Shown one piece after another: positions 27,455 to 36,455 of a stretch of DNA of 64,000 bases (positions within the stretch are counted from its first letter, which is position 1; the number at the start of each line of letters is the position of its first letter). Location: sequence record PZ445488.1; one strand, 5' to 3'. This stretch comes from a phage. The position numbers and the translations under genes were made by a program. Below the pieces are notes generated by a model. The model searched no databases, was not told the DNA's origin, and saw only the letters and a list, made by a program, of their open reading frames with translations.

Positions 27455-27478
27455 GGAGACCGAAGTCTCCTTTTTATT
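27455..27478 (-). terminator. stem-loop at the 3' end of gene 41
   Basis: ggagac-cgaa-gtctcc perfect hairpin; the T5 run lies on the plus-strand side, so polarity is ambiguous. Confidence 0.4.
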
Positions 27479-28919
27479 AAAATTTTAACTCATTGGCTAA
27501 GCTATCTAGGTCAGCACGTGTTGCTTTGGCTTTACCTACGCGTTCCGTACGATTCACCTCTGCCTGACGCATCTGAGCACCTGCGTTTTCATTTACTGTG
27601 TTAGGTGTGTTCATGCCTTCTTGCTCAATCTCAATCCATTTCTGGTTGCCTTTACGTACACCCATCAAGAACTTGTTCCACTTATTCTTATCACCGTATC
27701 GTGATTTGATTTGTTTGATAAGTTGTTGTTCAGCTTGTGCAAGTTCTTCGGTTTCAATTACGGCCAACATGAAATCTGCCGTTGCTGGTAAACCTGCTGA
27801 TTCTGCGATATCACTCATGTTCATGTCTGAAGCATCCCATGCTGCACGTCCTACTTGGGCTGCAGTCCATAGAACTGTTTCAGATTCTACTGCTAATGCA
27901 CGAAGTTCTTCTGCGATAGCTTTAACTAATGTGTAGCTATTTTCAGTGTAAACTCTGATACGACAAGACCCACAAATACCTAAGTAATCAACCATGATTA
28001 CAGATGGCACAAAGTTCTTCTTAAGTTTTAACTCATTAAGCAATGCACGGAATGTATTAGCATTAGCTCCACCAGTAGGATACTGTTTAACTACTAAACG
28101 TCCTAATGTGGATTTTGAACGCCATTTTTCCATCTTGGCTTTATATTCAGCATAAGATACGTTACCATCATCGATATCATCGAGCGATACGTCAAGCATA
28201 TTTGCATCTATACGCTTAGCACAAACTTCTTCAGCCATTTCCATGGAAATATAAAGAACATTATGTCCTGTTTGAAGATAATCTGCAGCAAGTGAACAAA
28301 GGCCTAAAGATTTACCAACGTTAACACCGGCCATTAAAACGTTCAGTGTACCTGTTTCTGCGCCACCTTTGGTGATTTTATTAAGAATGTTTAATTTGAA
28401 CGGGACCTTACGTGCTTTATTTAGATAAGAAAGCCAGCGTGCTTCATAGTCTTCCATCCAGTCATGTCCAACATAACTATCAAACGAAATTGAAAGTGCT
28501 TGACGCATAATATCAGGAATAGCTCCTACGTCAGGCATTTTCTTGTTACGTTGTTCTGGAGGTAGTTCAGCATTAGACTGAATCTCAATGATTTTGGATG
28601 TAGCATTATACATCGCTTTTTGCTGGACATATTTCTCAGTTTCTTTAACCAACCATTCGTGGTCTTCAGGAGTATCAGCCAATTTTTCAATTAGGTCTGA
28701 AGTTCCTTTATATTCGGCTTCAGTTAAAGAACTGTTATCTAAAGCCACCTTTAACGCATTGATAGATGGCATTGCATTATATTCGTTAACGTGGCTCTTT
28801 ATAATTTTAAAGACGTTTTTTGCCGGTCCACGCTCAAAATACTCAGAATCCATATAAGGCCAGACCTTAGAAAAATAAGCCTGGTCATATACTAGATGAG
28901 ACAAAATAATTTCTACCAC
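27477..28919 (-). CDS. 41: replicative DNA helicase (DnaB-like)
   Basis: 480 aa (T4 gp41 475 aa); Walker A GVNVGKS; synteny with 61 and uvsX. Confidence 0.85.
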   Translation of the reverse strand: MVEIILSHLVYDQAYFSKVWPYMDSEYFERGPAKNVFKIIKSHVNEYNAMPSINALKVALDNSSLTEAEYKGTSDLIEKLADTPEDHEWLVKETEKYVQQKAMYNATSKIIEIQSNAELPPEQRNKKMPDVGAIPDIMRQALSISFDSYVGHDWMEDYEARWLSYLNKARKVPFKLNILNKITKGGAETGTLNVLMAGVNVGKSLGLCSLAADYLQTGHNVLYISMEMAEEVCAKRIDANMLDVSLDDIDDGNVSYAEYKAKMEKWRSKSTLGRLVVKQYPTGGANANTFRALLNELKLKKNFVPSVIMVDYLGICGSCRIRVYTENSYTLVKAIAEELRALAVESETVLWTAAQVGRAAWDASDMNMSDIAESAGLPATADFMLAVIETEELAQAEQQLIKQIKSRYGDKNKWNKFLMGVRKGNQKWIEIEQEGMNTPNTVNENAGAQMRQAEVNRTERVGKAKATRADLDSLANELKF

Positions 28920-28928
28920 GATAACTCC

Positions 28929-29270
28929 TTAAAAGAATTTAAATTTTTTCTTGGTTCGTTCATTAAAAGCTTGTTGTACTTGCATTGTAACACATTTTTC
29001 AACATGTGGTGCAAGTTCTGCTTTTCTGTCCTGGTCAAGAACTGCAAAGTCCATTACGATTTTACCATCAACCCAGTCTAGTTTTGTAATATAGACTATA
29101 TGATGAGAACCATCTTCAAGTGTAATCAGAATCTCTTGAATGACATTTTCCATTGCTGAACGGATAATTTTAAGAGATTCATTAAACACTCGTTCTTTGC
29201 GAATGTCTTCCCCTTCCGAAGAAGGGGATTCATCAACGATTTCTAGATTTAAATCATCGAGATTATTCAT
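28929..29270 (-). CDS. 40: gp40-like protein (114 aa)
   Basis: Track ORF 28929-29414 trimmed to Met 29270 to remove the overlap with uvsX; length and position match T4 gp40. Confidence 0.45.
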   Translation of the reverse strand: MNNLDDLNLEIVDESPSSEGEDIRKERVFNESLKIIRSAMENVIQEILITLEDGSHHIVYITKLDWVDGKIVMDFAVLDQDRKAELAPHVEKCVTMQVQQAFNERTKKKFKFF

Positions 29271-30435
29271 CGAAATCTTCCATTTCGTCAAGGTCGTTTT
29301 CAATATCTGCTGCAGACGGAGCATCAGAAGCTTTAACAGGAACTTTAGTTGTTGCTTTGCAATTAATAAGGTCGTTAACAGCGTCATCAACTTCTTTAAT
29401 AGAAGAGATAGCACCTAGTTTATATTTAGTTTCAATTGCATCTCGGAAAGGTTTGTGTTTAAACAACGGTCCCCAGAATTCTACACAATCAGTAGCTTTA
29501 GCACGCCACGATTTCTCTTCACGAATCATTTCACCTGTTTCTTCGTCAAGGAATTCACGAGCATACCAACCAGCTTTAGGCTTAACAACAAATCCAATTT
29601 CAGTTGCCATTTCTAACAAGCCACTGAATGGATCAATACCGCCATCAAAATTAACCGTGATTGGGAAAGTAGATTTCTCTTTAACTGTACGAGATTTTTC
29701 TGCTTTCAACGTGAAGTCATAACCGGTCAATTCTGTACCTTCTTTAACCTGACGTTTAGAGATAAAGAATACAGTGTTAGCAGAGTAAAGAATACCTGTA
29801 CCACCACCCATAATCTCTTTAGGATATAGTCCGCCGATTTCCATTGCTGTATGGTTGATTGCAACACACGGAATATCTTTAATAGTCAGATAAGGAGTCA
29901 CAATGCGGAACAGAGATTTAAGTGCCTTAGCACGAGACATATCACCTACAACTTTCTCGTTCAATGCATCTTCGGTTTCTTTCTTAGATGCAGTATTACC
30001 GATTGAATCGATAAAGATAATAACTTTATCACCGCGTTCAATAGCATCAAGCTGATTAGTCATATCGACTTTAAGTTGTTCGACAGACTGAATTGGTGTA
30101 TGAACTACGCGGTCCAAATCAACACCCATTGAACGAAAATAAGATTCTGAAGCACCAAATTCAGAATCATAGAACAAACAAATTGCATCTTTATATTTCT
30201 TCATATACGCTGCAACCATAGTTAGTCCAAACAGCGTTTTAAAGTGTTTAGAAGGAGCAGCAAAAATAGTTAAGCCTGATTGCAATCCTGCATTCAGAGA
30301 ACCACCTAGTGCGATATTCAACATCGGAATACGAGTAGGGACTTCATCACGATTATTAAACAGCTTAGACTTAGTCAAGTCTGCAGTCATTTTAGAAGTA
30401 GAAGCTTTAATCAGACGAGATTTTAAATCAGACAT
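29263..30435 (-). CDS. uvsX: UvsX recombinase (RecA-like)
   Basis: 390 aa; MSDLKSRLIKASTSK...GWYAREFLDEETGEMIREEKSWRAK matches recalled T4 UvsX over most of its length. Confidence 0.9.
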   Translation of the reverse strand: MSDLKSRLIKASTSKMTADLTKSKLFNNRDEVPTRIPMLNIALGGSLNAGLQSGLTIFAAPSKHFKTLFGLTMVAAYMKKYKDAICLFYDSEFGASESYFRSMGVDLDRVVHTPIQSVEQLKVDMTNQLDAIERGDKVIIFIDSIGNTASKKETEDALNEKVVGDMSRAKALKSLFRIVTPYLTIKDIPCVAINHTAMEIGGLYPKEIMGGGTGILYSANTVFFISKRQVKEGTELTGYDFTLKAEKSRTVKEKSTFPITVNFDGGIDPFSGLLEMATEIGFVVKPKAGWYAREFLDEETGEMIREEKSWRAKATDCVEFWGPLFKHKPFRDAIETKYKLGAISSIKEVDDAVNDLINCKATTKVPVKASDAPSAADIENDLDEMEDFDE

Positions 30436-30533
30436 TGTATTTTTCCATAGGCATCATTATATTTTACTCATGTTTAAAAGATAAGATGATTATATACTAA
30501 GGGTTATACAGCATTTAAAACTTTAAATGGCTC

Positions 30534-31082
30534 TTAACGAGCCCATTTGATGATTTCTGTAATCAAACCATTACGTTCGCTTGCATTAAATCCTATAACT
30601 TTGTTAGCACCATCATGATTAAGTAATTGATATGTTTGGATTTTGTTATGAATTGCAAACTCTTCAAAATGTGAAATGACTGTATTAAAACCGAATGAAG
30701 ACAAAGTAATAAGGTCGTCTTCAAAACTTTCAGTCATTTCGTTACGTGTTAAAATAATTGTGAACACATCATGGTTTTGGCAAAGACGAACATAATCCTG
30801 CTCATAAACATCAAGAACAGAGTCCGCATCTTGACGAATACGTCCATAAACCCAGTTACTAATATATCCACGGTCTAACAGATAAATCTTAGTAGGGTCT
30901 AAATAATTCAACATCGTTTCGAAACAGCCAACTTCATTTCGAGACTTAACATCGAAACGTCCATCAACTGTTCGTTTAGGGAAATCAATCTTTACATATC
31001 TTTCACTAATTTCCATTATGTCATTAATGAAAGTTGTTTTACCGGCATTATCCGGGCCATCTACTAAAATAATTTTAGCCAT
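30534..31082 (-). CDS. P-loop nucleotide kinase, thymidylate-kinase-like
   Basis: 182 aa; Walker A DGPDNAGKTT and DRGYIS (DRY-type) motif; start overlaps stop of the upstream gene. Confidence 0.5.
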   Translation of the reverse strand: MAKIILVDGPDNAGKTTFINDIMEISERYVKIDFPKRTVDGRFDVKSRNEVGCFETMLNYLDPTKIYLLDRGYISNWVYGRIRQDADSVLDVYEQDYVRLCQNHDVFTIILTRNEMTESFEDDLITLSSFGFNTVISHFEEFAIHNKIQTYQLLNHDGANKVIGFNASERNGLITEIIKWAR

Positions 31083-31083
31083 T

Positions 31084-31983
31084 TTATTCCTCGATTACGA
31101 CATCTTCGTATTTAGGTATATTATACGGCGAAGAAATTAAAGCGTTAAAGTAGATGAACTCACCAAGACCTGGATGGAATACTTCTTCAGGATTTTCGAA
31201 ATATTGAATCTTCGGGCGTCCTTTAAGAATTTTATAGTACTCAGTTTTAGTTGGTTTAAAAATTCGAATCAGCGCTTCTTCAGGATACTTATTTCTGTCG
31301 AAGCTATTATTTGGATCGGTTATATAAAGCGGTTGGCCTAATTGAATTGCACATTCAACCACTTGTTCAAAACGATAGCACGGGTCACTAATTCGAAATG
31401 GATGAAAAATACCATCTAGATGAATAGGAGCCAAATCACCTACAAGACGCTGCATGATGGAAGGACGTATAACTTTCTGAGTTACGATAATCTTATTACC
31501 ATCTGCACCGGCGTTAACCAGCACTTCTTTTTGACGTTCATTCAACACAGTAGTTTGAAGTGAACGATTAACCGACAACATATCGGTTTTTAAGAATTCG
31601 TCAATATAAAAACGTGGTTTATTAGGGTCTGCCGTGATATTGAAATTGAATTCTACATCAAAAGCGCCGTCATATCCAGTGATATCTGTTATTAGAAAAT
31701 CACAATCATAATAAGCAATTAATGAATCAACCACAAATTCATTTTCAGACCAGAAATATTTACGAGTGTTATACGCGTTATCTTTATACCATAATGGAAC
31801 AAACTTAAATTCCGGGAAAAGACGTTCACATTCTTTAATATCAGATGCATTACGTGGATATGTAATCACATCACCTGGATTAGCACGGTGCAAATGAAGT
31901 TGGAAGTTGCCATCCTTAAGGATAGCATACTGTCCAGTTTCATAAGACCGCATACTCAAGATTGGTACGCGGAAAATAGCCAT
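31084..31983 (-). CDS. hypothetical protein (299 aa), candidate hmC sugar transferase
   Basis: Sits where T4 carries beta-gt; its ATG overlaps the stop of gene 42 (ATGA). No catalytic motif recognised; the functional call is by position only. Confidence 0.4.
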   Translation of the reverse strand: MAIFRVPILSMRSYETGQYAILKDGNFQLHLHRANPGDVITYPRNASDIKECERLFPEFKFVPLWYKDNAYNTRKYFWSENEFVVDSLIAYYDCDFLITDITGYDGAFDVEFNFNITADPNKPRFYIDEFLKTDMLSVNRSLQTTVLNERQKEVLVNAGADGNKIIVTQKVIRPSIMQRLVGDLAPIHLDGIFHPFRISDPCYRFEQVVECAIQLGQPLYITDPNNSFDRNKYPEEALIRIFKPTKTEYYKILKGRPKIQYFENPEEVFHPGLGEFIYFNALISSPYNIPKYEDVVIEE

Positions 31984-32699
31984 TAGTCAAGGAATCCTTT
32001 AACATAATCAAAATCACGTTCAAACACATGGGCACTTACCATGGTATGAGTATAATCACCAACTTCTACACCGCATTCGTTAGCGATATAATGAAGTAAT
32101 TTTCCTTGGAGATAAAAATCCAACTGCATAACAACAGCACAGTTCTGAGAACGCATATGACAGTGGGTATAAAGCTTACCATCACGAATATAATAAGTTA
32201 CTGAGTCAGTACATGGATATTCAAGTGTTTCGTCCGAATCAAGCAAAGCCTGATCAGAACTTTCTAGAATTTGGAACACAACTCTTCGAGAGTTAGGTTT
32301 TTCTTTAAGTTCTTTTAGAAGAGTTGGTAATTGGGCCGCAATGCGAGGACCATAGAAAGTGTTGAAGTTCGCCGGCAAAACATCTGATTTTGGTTTAGAA
32401 ATAAATTTAGCGACATTAGGATATGCCTTAAACGCTTCTTCTGCGTTGGTACCACCAGAAATCATAAACTTCCAGAAGTCTTCGGCATATTCATAAGAGA
32501 TGCGGTTAATACGTGGGTCGGTCATTTTGAATGATGATGGAGTGTCAACAACTACTGTCATAGACCCAATTTCATTACAACGTCCAATACGAGAATCAGT
32601 TACGAATTCCGGGTTTTCTAAAATTTCACGATTGACTGCTTTAAATGCGGTTTGAAAATCTGCGGCTTTGATATATTTCATTGTGTTATGTTTTCCCAT
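31983..32699 (-). CDS. 42: dCMP hydroxymethylase (thymidylate-synthase fold)
   Basis: 238 aa (T4 gp42 246 aa); NSRR and YPCTD motifs at the positions of the recalled T4 gp42 blocks; synteny. Confidence 0.8.
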   Translation of the reverse strand: MGKHNTMKYIKAADFQTAFKAVNREILENPEFVTDSRIGRCNEIGSMTVVVDTPSSFKMTDPRINRISYEYAEDFWKFMISGGTNAEEAFKAYPNVAKFISKPKSDVLPANFNTFYGPRIAAQLPTLLKELKEKPNSRRVVFQILESSDQALLDSDETLEYPCTDSVTYYIRDGKLYTHCHMRSQNCAVVMQLDFYLQGKLLHYIANECGVEVGDYTHTMVSAHVFERDFDYVKGFLD

Positions 32700-32741
32700 G
32701 TTTACCTCAATACAATTTATTATATACTCAATTCATAAAGC

Positions 32742-32981
32742 TTATTTGAATTTCTTGGCAATGTTGATATAACGTAAAGCTTCAGAATCTATACTTCCAA
32801 GAACACTATGAAGAAATGCATCAGCGTAGTATTCCAATTGAACAGGTTCTTTAATCACTTTAGCCGCTTTGGTTTCAAACAGGCCCATCAGGGCCTTTTT
32901 AAGAATTTGTTCGTTAGTGTTCAGTTTCATAGTCAAAATCTCTTCGTTAAGTTTATAATTAAAACTTTTTCTAGAAATCAT
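32742..32981 (-). CDS. hypothetical protein (79 aa)
   Basis: Track ORF overlapping the stop of the 386-aa gene. Confidence 0.4.
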   Translation of the reverse strand: MISRKSFNYKLNEEILTMKLNTNEQILKKALMGLFETKAAKVIKEPVQLEYYADAFLHSVLGSIDSEALRYINIAKKFK

Positions 32982-34138
32982 TCCGGGTACCTCAAAGCGT
33001 CATCAGAGCTAGTTATATCAATAATAGATATGGAGTTTTCTGCTAACCCGTTTTTAGATAATTGACGTTTATAATATCTTTCACAATATGTACACGTCGT
33101 CCCGCAGATTTCATTAGCACAATCGAAATCTGGATGTCTGAACCACCTTTTTTCTAAAAAGCCATCTAACAAAGAGGTTTCAATATTTACTGTATGTGAA
33201 AACTCAGTTTCGTTTTCAAGAGTGAAAATAGTCTCTAAAGGCTTCCACAGTTCTAACAAATTACCTTCAAACTTTTCAGAAGCGTATGCTTCAAGAACTT
33301 TCAAAATGTAGTCTGTGCTACCTGTACGTCCTGAAACTTTGAATTGAGTGATACCAATATCATTATAAAGTTTCAAATCTTGAGGACGAACAAAACGAGT
33401 TCTCAGCCAGTTAAATGGGTCTGTATCACGAGCTTTAATACAGTGTTGCATTGGATATCCATTTAAGGATTTAGCATCATCAGCGGTAACATCAGTACTA
33501 TGGAAAATATAGCAAGAGTCACGATAGCTACAATGTGTTGTATACCCTTTACCAGCATTAGAACAGAACTCATTTACAAGAACTTCAAATATTATATTGT
33601 TCTTATTGCAAAACTCTGCTGCACGCTTCAGGAAAGAAACTGAACGGTTCTTATGAATTCCGCAGCAGACCTTTTTGATATTATATTGGTCATGCAAGTA
33701 TTTGATTTGAGTTACAGCATCGACATGTAGAATTGTTGAAACTTCAATCTCAATATCTTTATTGACTTCACGAACAATTTCCATAACAACAGGGTTAGCG
33801 ATAGTAATACGCCATACGCCTATTGACCAAAGATACTGAACATAATCCTGAATAGCTTTCTTCTTCCACTCAACTAGTTCTCTTTTTGAACCAGGATTTA
33901 TCGTGTTGAGTGTATAGTTAAAGCAAATACCTAATTCGTTACAACGTTTAACGTAATCTTCTAACATCTTTTTGTCAACGTCAGGAAGCCTAAAATCAGG
34001 TCTGGCTGCTACAAAAGCCATTTCTCTTGTAGAGCCGTATACTTCGTTTATCAAGCTATTAGGATAAGTTTTATTGAGCTCTACGATTTTATCAAGAAGA
34101 GCTAAATCAAAATTCGTTCCGATTTTAAAAGTATTCAT
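32978..34138 (-). CDS. hypothetical Cys-rich protein (386 aa), possible Fe-S / U32-like enzyme
   Basis: Cys clusters EFCSNAGKGYTTHCSYRDSCYIFHS and C-terminal CANEICGTTCTYC (Cx4Cx3Cx2C); not the radical-SAM CxxxCxxC layout; fold unassigned. Confidence 0.4.
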   Translation of the reverse strand: MNTFKIGTNFDLALLDKIVELNKTYPNSLINEVYGSTREMAFVAARPDFRLPDVDKKMLEDYVKRCNELGICFNYTLNTINPGSKRELVEWKKKAIQDYVQYLWSIGVWRITIANPVVMEIVREVNKDIEIEVSTILHVDAVTQIKYLHDQYNIKKVCCGIHKNRSVSFLKRAAEFCNKNNIIFEVLVNEFCSNAGKGYTTHCSYRDSCYIFHSTDVTADDAKSLNGYPMQHCIKARDTDPFNWLRTRFVRPQDLKLYNDIGITQFKVSGRTGSTDYILKVLEAYASEKFEGNLLELWKPLETIFTLENETEFSHTVNIETSLLDGFLEKRWFRHPDFDCANEICGTTCTYCERYYKRQLSKNGLAENSISIIDITSSDDALRYPE

Positions 34139-34195
34139 TTTTTTTGCATCTCACGTTAATTGATGCGATGGTTTTTGCAGGTCTTACTTAAATTA

Positions 34196-34597
34196 TTATA
34201 GATTAGGTTTATATGATTTAAATGTTTCGAATTCGCCTTTATTCATAAGAGCTTTGAATTCGTCAGGACGCATAGCTTTGTCGTCGATAATCCAATCATA
34301 TACTGGTTTATGTGTTAGCAAATTATGGTACTTCAAGCCAATGTTTGCCAAGTTCTGAATCAGACTTGGGAGAATGTCAATTGCTATACGACCAGGACCT
34401 ACTGACTTCATACCACGAGCCGTGTAAAGCGTTATGGTATGCCCTGCATCATACAGGGCATTAATGGCAGACACCATTTCGACGTCTGGTTTGAAGTTCA
34501 CGTAATCACGATTGTTATTCCATTCCGTGATGCAATCATCGATATCAAAACAAAGATTAAGCATGTTTTCTACATGGTGCATTAGATTCGTTCCCAT
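34196..34597 (-). CDS. HAD-like phosphatase (small)
   Basis: Ordered motifs FDIDDCIT (I), ITLYTARG (II), THKP (III), DWIIDD (IV); likely starts at Met 34582, overlapping the upstream stop. Confidence 0.45.
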   Translation of the reverse strand: MGTNLMHHVENMLNLCFDIDDCITEWNNNRDYVNFKPDVEMVSAINALYDAGHTITLYTARGMKSVGPGRIAIDILPSLIQNLANIGLKYHNLLTHKPVYDWIIDDKAMRPDEFKALMNKGEFETFKSYKPNL

Positions 34598-36270
34598 TGA
34601 TGAGTGATATCGCCACCGATTGGACGATAGGAAACACCAGTTTCTTTATCAGTTAGTACCCATTTACCAGGATTTTTTGTAATCAGAGTAGCCGTTACAG
34701 GTTCTGCTACGTCATAACTAATAGAGCCGTCTTGAAGTACACGGCCCATGTTATGTAATTGCTTAGTCAGAAGTTCCATACCTTTATAATATGCGGCCAC
34801 CGCTTTAAGTGGATTATTCTTGAAATAACCACCTAATGCAATCCAGATAATTGCTACTGCCAAATGATGATACTCATTAAACGAACTCATCTTTCCATAT
34901 TTGTAAACTAATGGATTGATGTTAATAGTCACATTACAAGTTGTTTCATCAATAGTAAACTGACCCCAGGTCGGATTAGCATTGAATTCATCATAACCTG
35001 AAACAGCATAAAGCACTTTAGCTTCATCGTACAATTTTGGCCCGTAAATCTTGGTTTCACCAAAATATCCACGAGGGTCGATAAACTTGACTTCACCATT
35101 ATCAGTAATCATAGTATTACTGAAGTTCGGGTCGCCGTGAATAACAGAGTACTGTCCCTGAGAACGGTTATGATAACGAATAAGATGTTCTAAAGCTTGT
35201 TTCAACATTGGCTTCAGACGTCCAATCTTAGTGTAGTTCACGTGTGTGATTTTACCAAATGAATCAATCAATGGCTGAATGCTTTCACAACGATCAATAA
35301 CTTTCGTATAGAACTCTTTAGTGAAATCACGGCGAACAGTTTCAGGACTTACAAAATAAGTGTCTGTGCTGAATTTCAGTGCATCTAAAATTGCATCAAC
35401 AATTTGTGGACGAGCAAGACTTGATTTGGATTTAATATATTCAAATGCCGGCTTACCTTTAATGCGTTCCATAATAAAGTGGCCGCCAGGATGATAACTT
35501 ACAATCCGTGGAACTGAATCTGATTTAACTTTCTTATACCAATTGACTTCATCTTTTTGAAGTGCAACGCCCTGTTCTGTTAAAGCAATCTTTGTTACCG
35601 TTTCTTCGCCAATTTCAACTGCATTAAAACTACGATTAAGTTCACGAACTTCATGAGCTTTTTCAAGTTTAGGCATATCACCTAAATCAATTAGATTCAT
35701 AAGCTCTGATTTATTGAATGCACTACCGTAAAGGAATTCTACGAAATCACGTCCTTTGCAGTATTCGTGAATTTCCTCATCAGTAGAACCCATGTAGAAT
35801 TCCCAGTCTTTGAACTGATAAATTCCTACAACATTACCACCTGTTGAACCTACGTTAGTGATATTTTCACCATCGAAATTATATCGACATTCATCACCCT
35901 TAACATAGATTGCGTTAACATTCCAAGACCATGAACCAAAGTCAGGAATAATATCACACCAGTTAACAATTACGTTATGGCCATCTAAATCTTTGTATAA
36001 TTTAGCAAGAGCATAAGCAGAACCATACGCTTCATCAACTGTACGAATAGTCACATTGAACCCTTCTTGCTCGCAATAAGCTCGAACAGTTTCAGCAAAT
36101 TTTGAATGAACTACTACAATAATTTCATCTGCGCCAAGGTCAGAATAAATTGTATACAAATTGCTCAGAATAGTGTCTTGTTTATAGTTAACAAGCACCT
36201 TAGGAATATGGTGCGTTATTGGATACAAACGAGTTGCCAGTCCAGCACCAAGAATAACAGCTTTTTTCAT
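34582..36270 (-). CDS. bifunctional sugar-1-phosphate nucleotidyltransferase (RmlA/GlmU-like) + anomeric sugar kinase (APH/choline-kinase fold)
   Basis: 562 aa; N-terminus AVILGAGLATRLYPIT (G-x-G-T-R-L-x-P-x-T); C-terminal half has HGDPNFSN (Brenner HGDxxxxN) and FIDPRG (DFG-like). Confidence 0.7.
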   Translation of the reverse strand: MKKAVILGAGLATRLYPITHHIPKVLVNYKQDTILSNLYTIYSDLGADEIIVVVHSKFAETVRAYCEQEGFNVTIRTVDEAYGSAYALAKLYKDLDGHNVIVNWCDIIPDFGSWSWNVNAIYVKGDECRYNFDGENITNVGSTGGNVVGIYQFKDWEFYMGSTDEEIHEYCKGRDFVEFLYGSAFNKSELMNLIDLGDMPKLEKAHEVRELNRSFNAVEIGEETVTKIALTEQGVALQKDEVNWYKKVKSDSVPRIVSYHPGGHFIMERIKGKPAFEYIKSKSSLARPQIVDAILDALKFSTDTYFVSPETVRRDFTKEFYTKVIDRCESIQPLIDSFGKITHVNYTKIGRLKPMLKQALEHLIRYHNRSQGQYSVIHGDPNFSNTMITDNGEVKFIDPRGYFGETKIYGPKLYDEAKVLYAVSGYDEFNANPTWGQFTIDETTCNVTININPLVYKYGKMSSFNEYHHLAVAIIWIALGGYFKNNPLKAVAAYYKGMELLTKQLHNMGRVLQDGSISYDVAEPVTATLITKNPGKWVLTDKETGVSYRPIGGDITHQWERI

Positions 36271-36308
36271 GTTGTGGTCCTCATTGGTAAGTAGGTGTAT
36301 TGTACACT

Positions 36309-36455
36309 ATTCTAGTTAAAGCATTCATACTTTGCTTGTAGTCCAATCATAATCCATCCGATTATAAGAGTCGGAATCATTACTGGAGCCGTTAAGCTCC
36401 AGTAGATAGTCATGACAAGCATCAATAGTAAAAGTCCTATTGTTATTGCTTTCAT
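36309..36455 (-). CDS. small membrane peptide (48 aa)
   Basis: Hand-translated MKAITIGLLLLMLVMTIYWSLTAPVMIPTLIIGWIM...; ATG overlaps the TGA of the isomerase gene. Confidence 0.3.

Noticed and set aside
27455-27478. Plus-strand terminator reading of the ggagac/gtctcc hairpin with its T5 run
   Set aside because: No plus-strand gene converges here; kept only as an ambiguous 3' element of gene 41.
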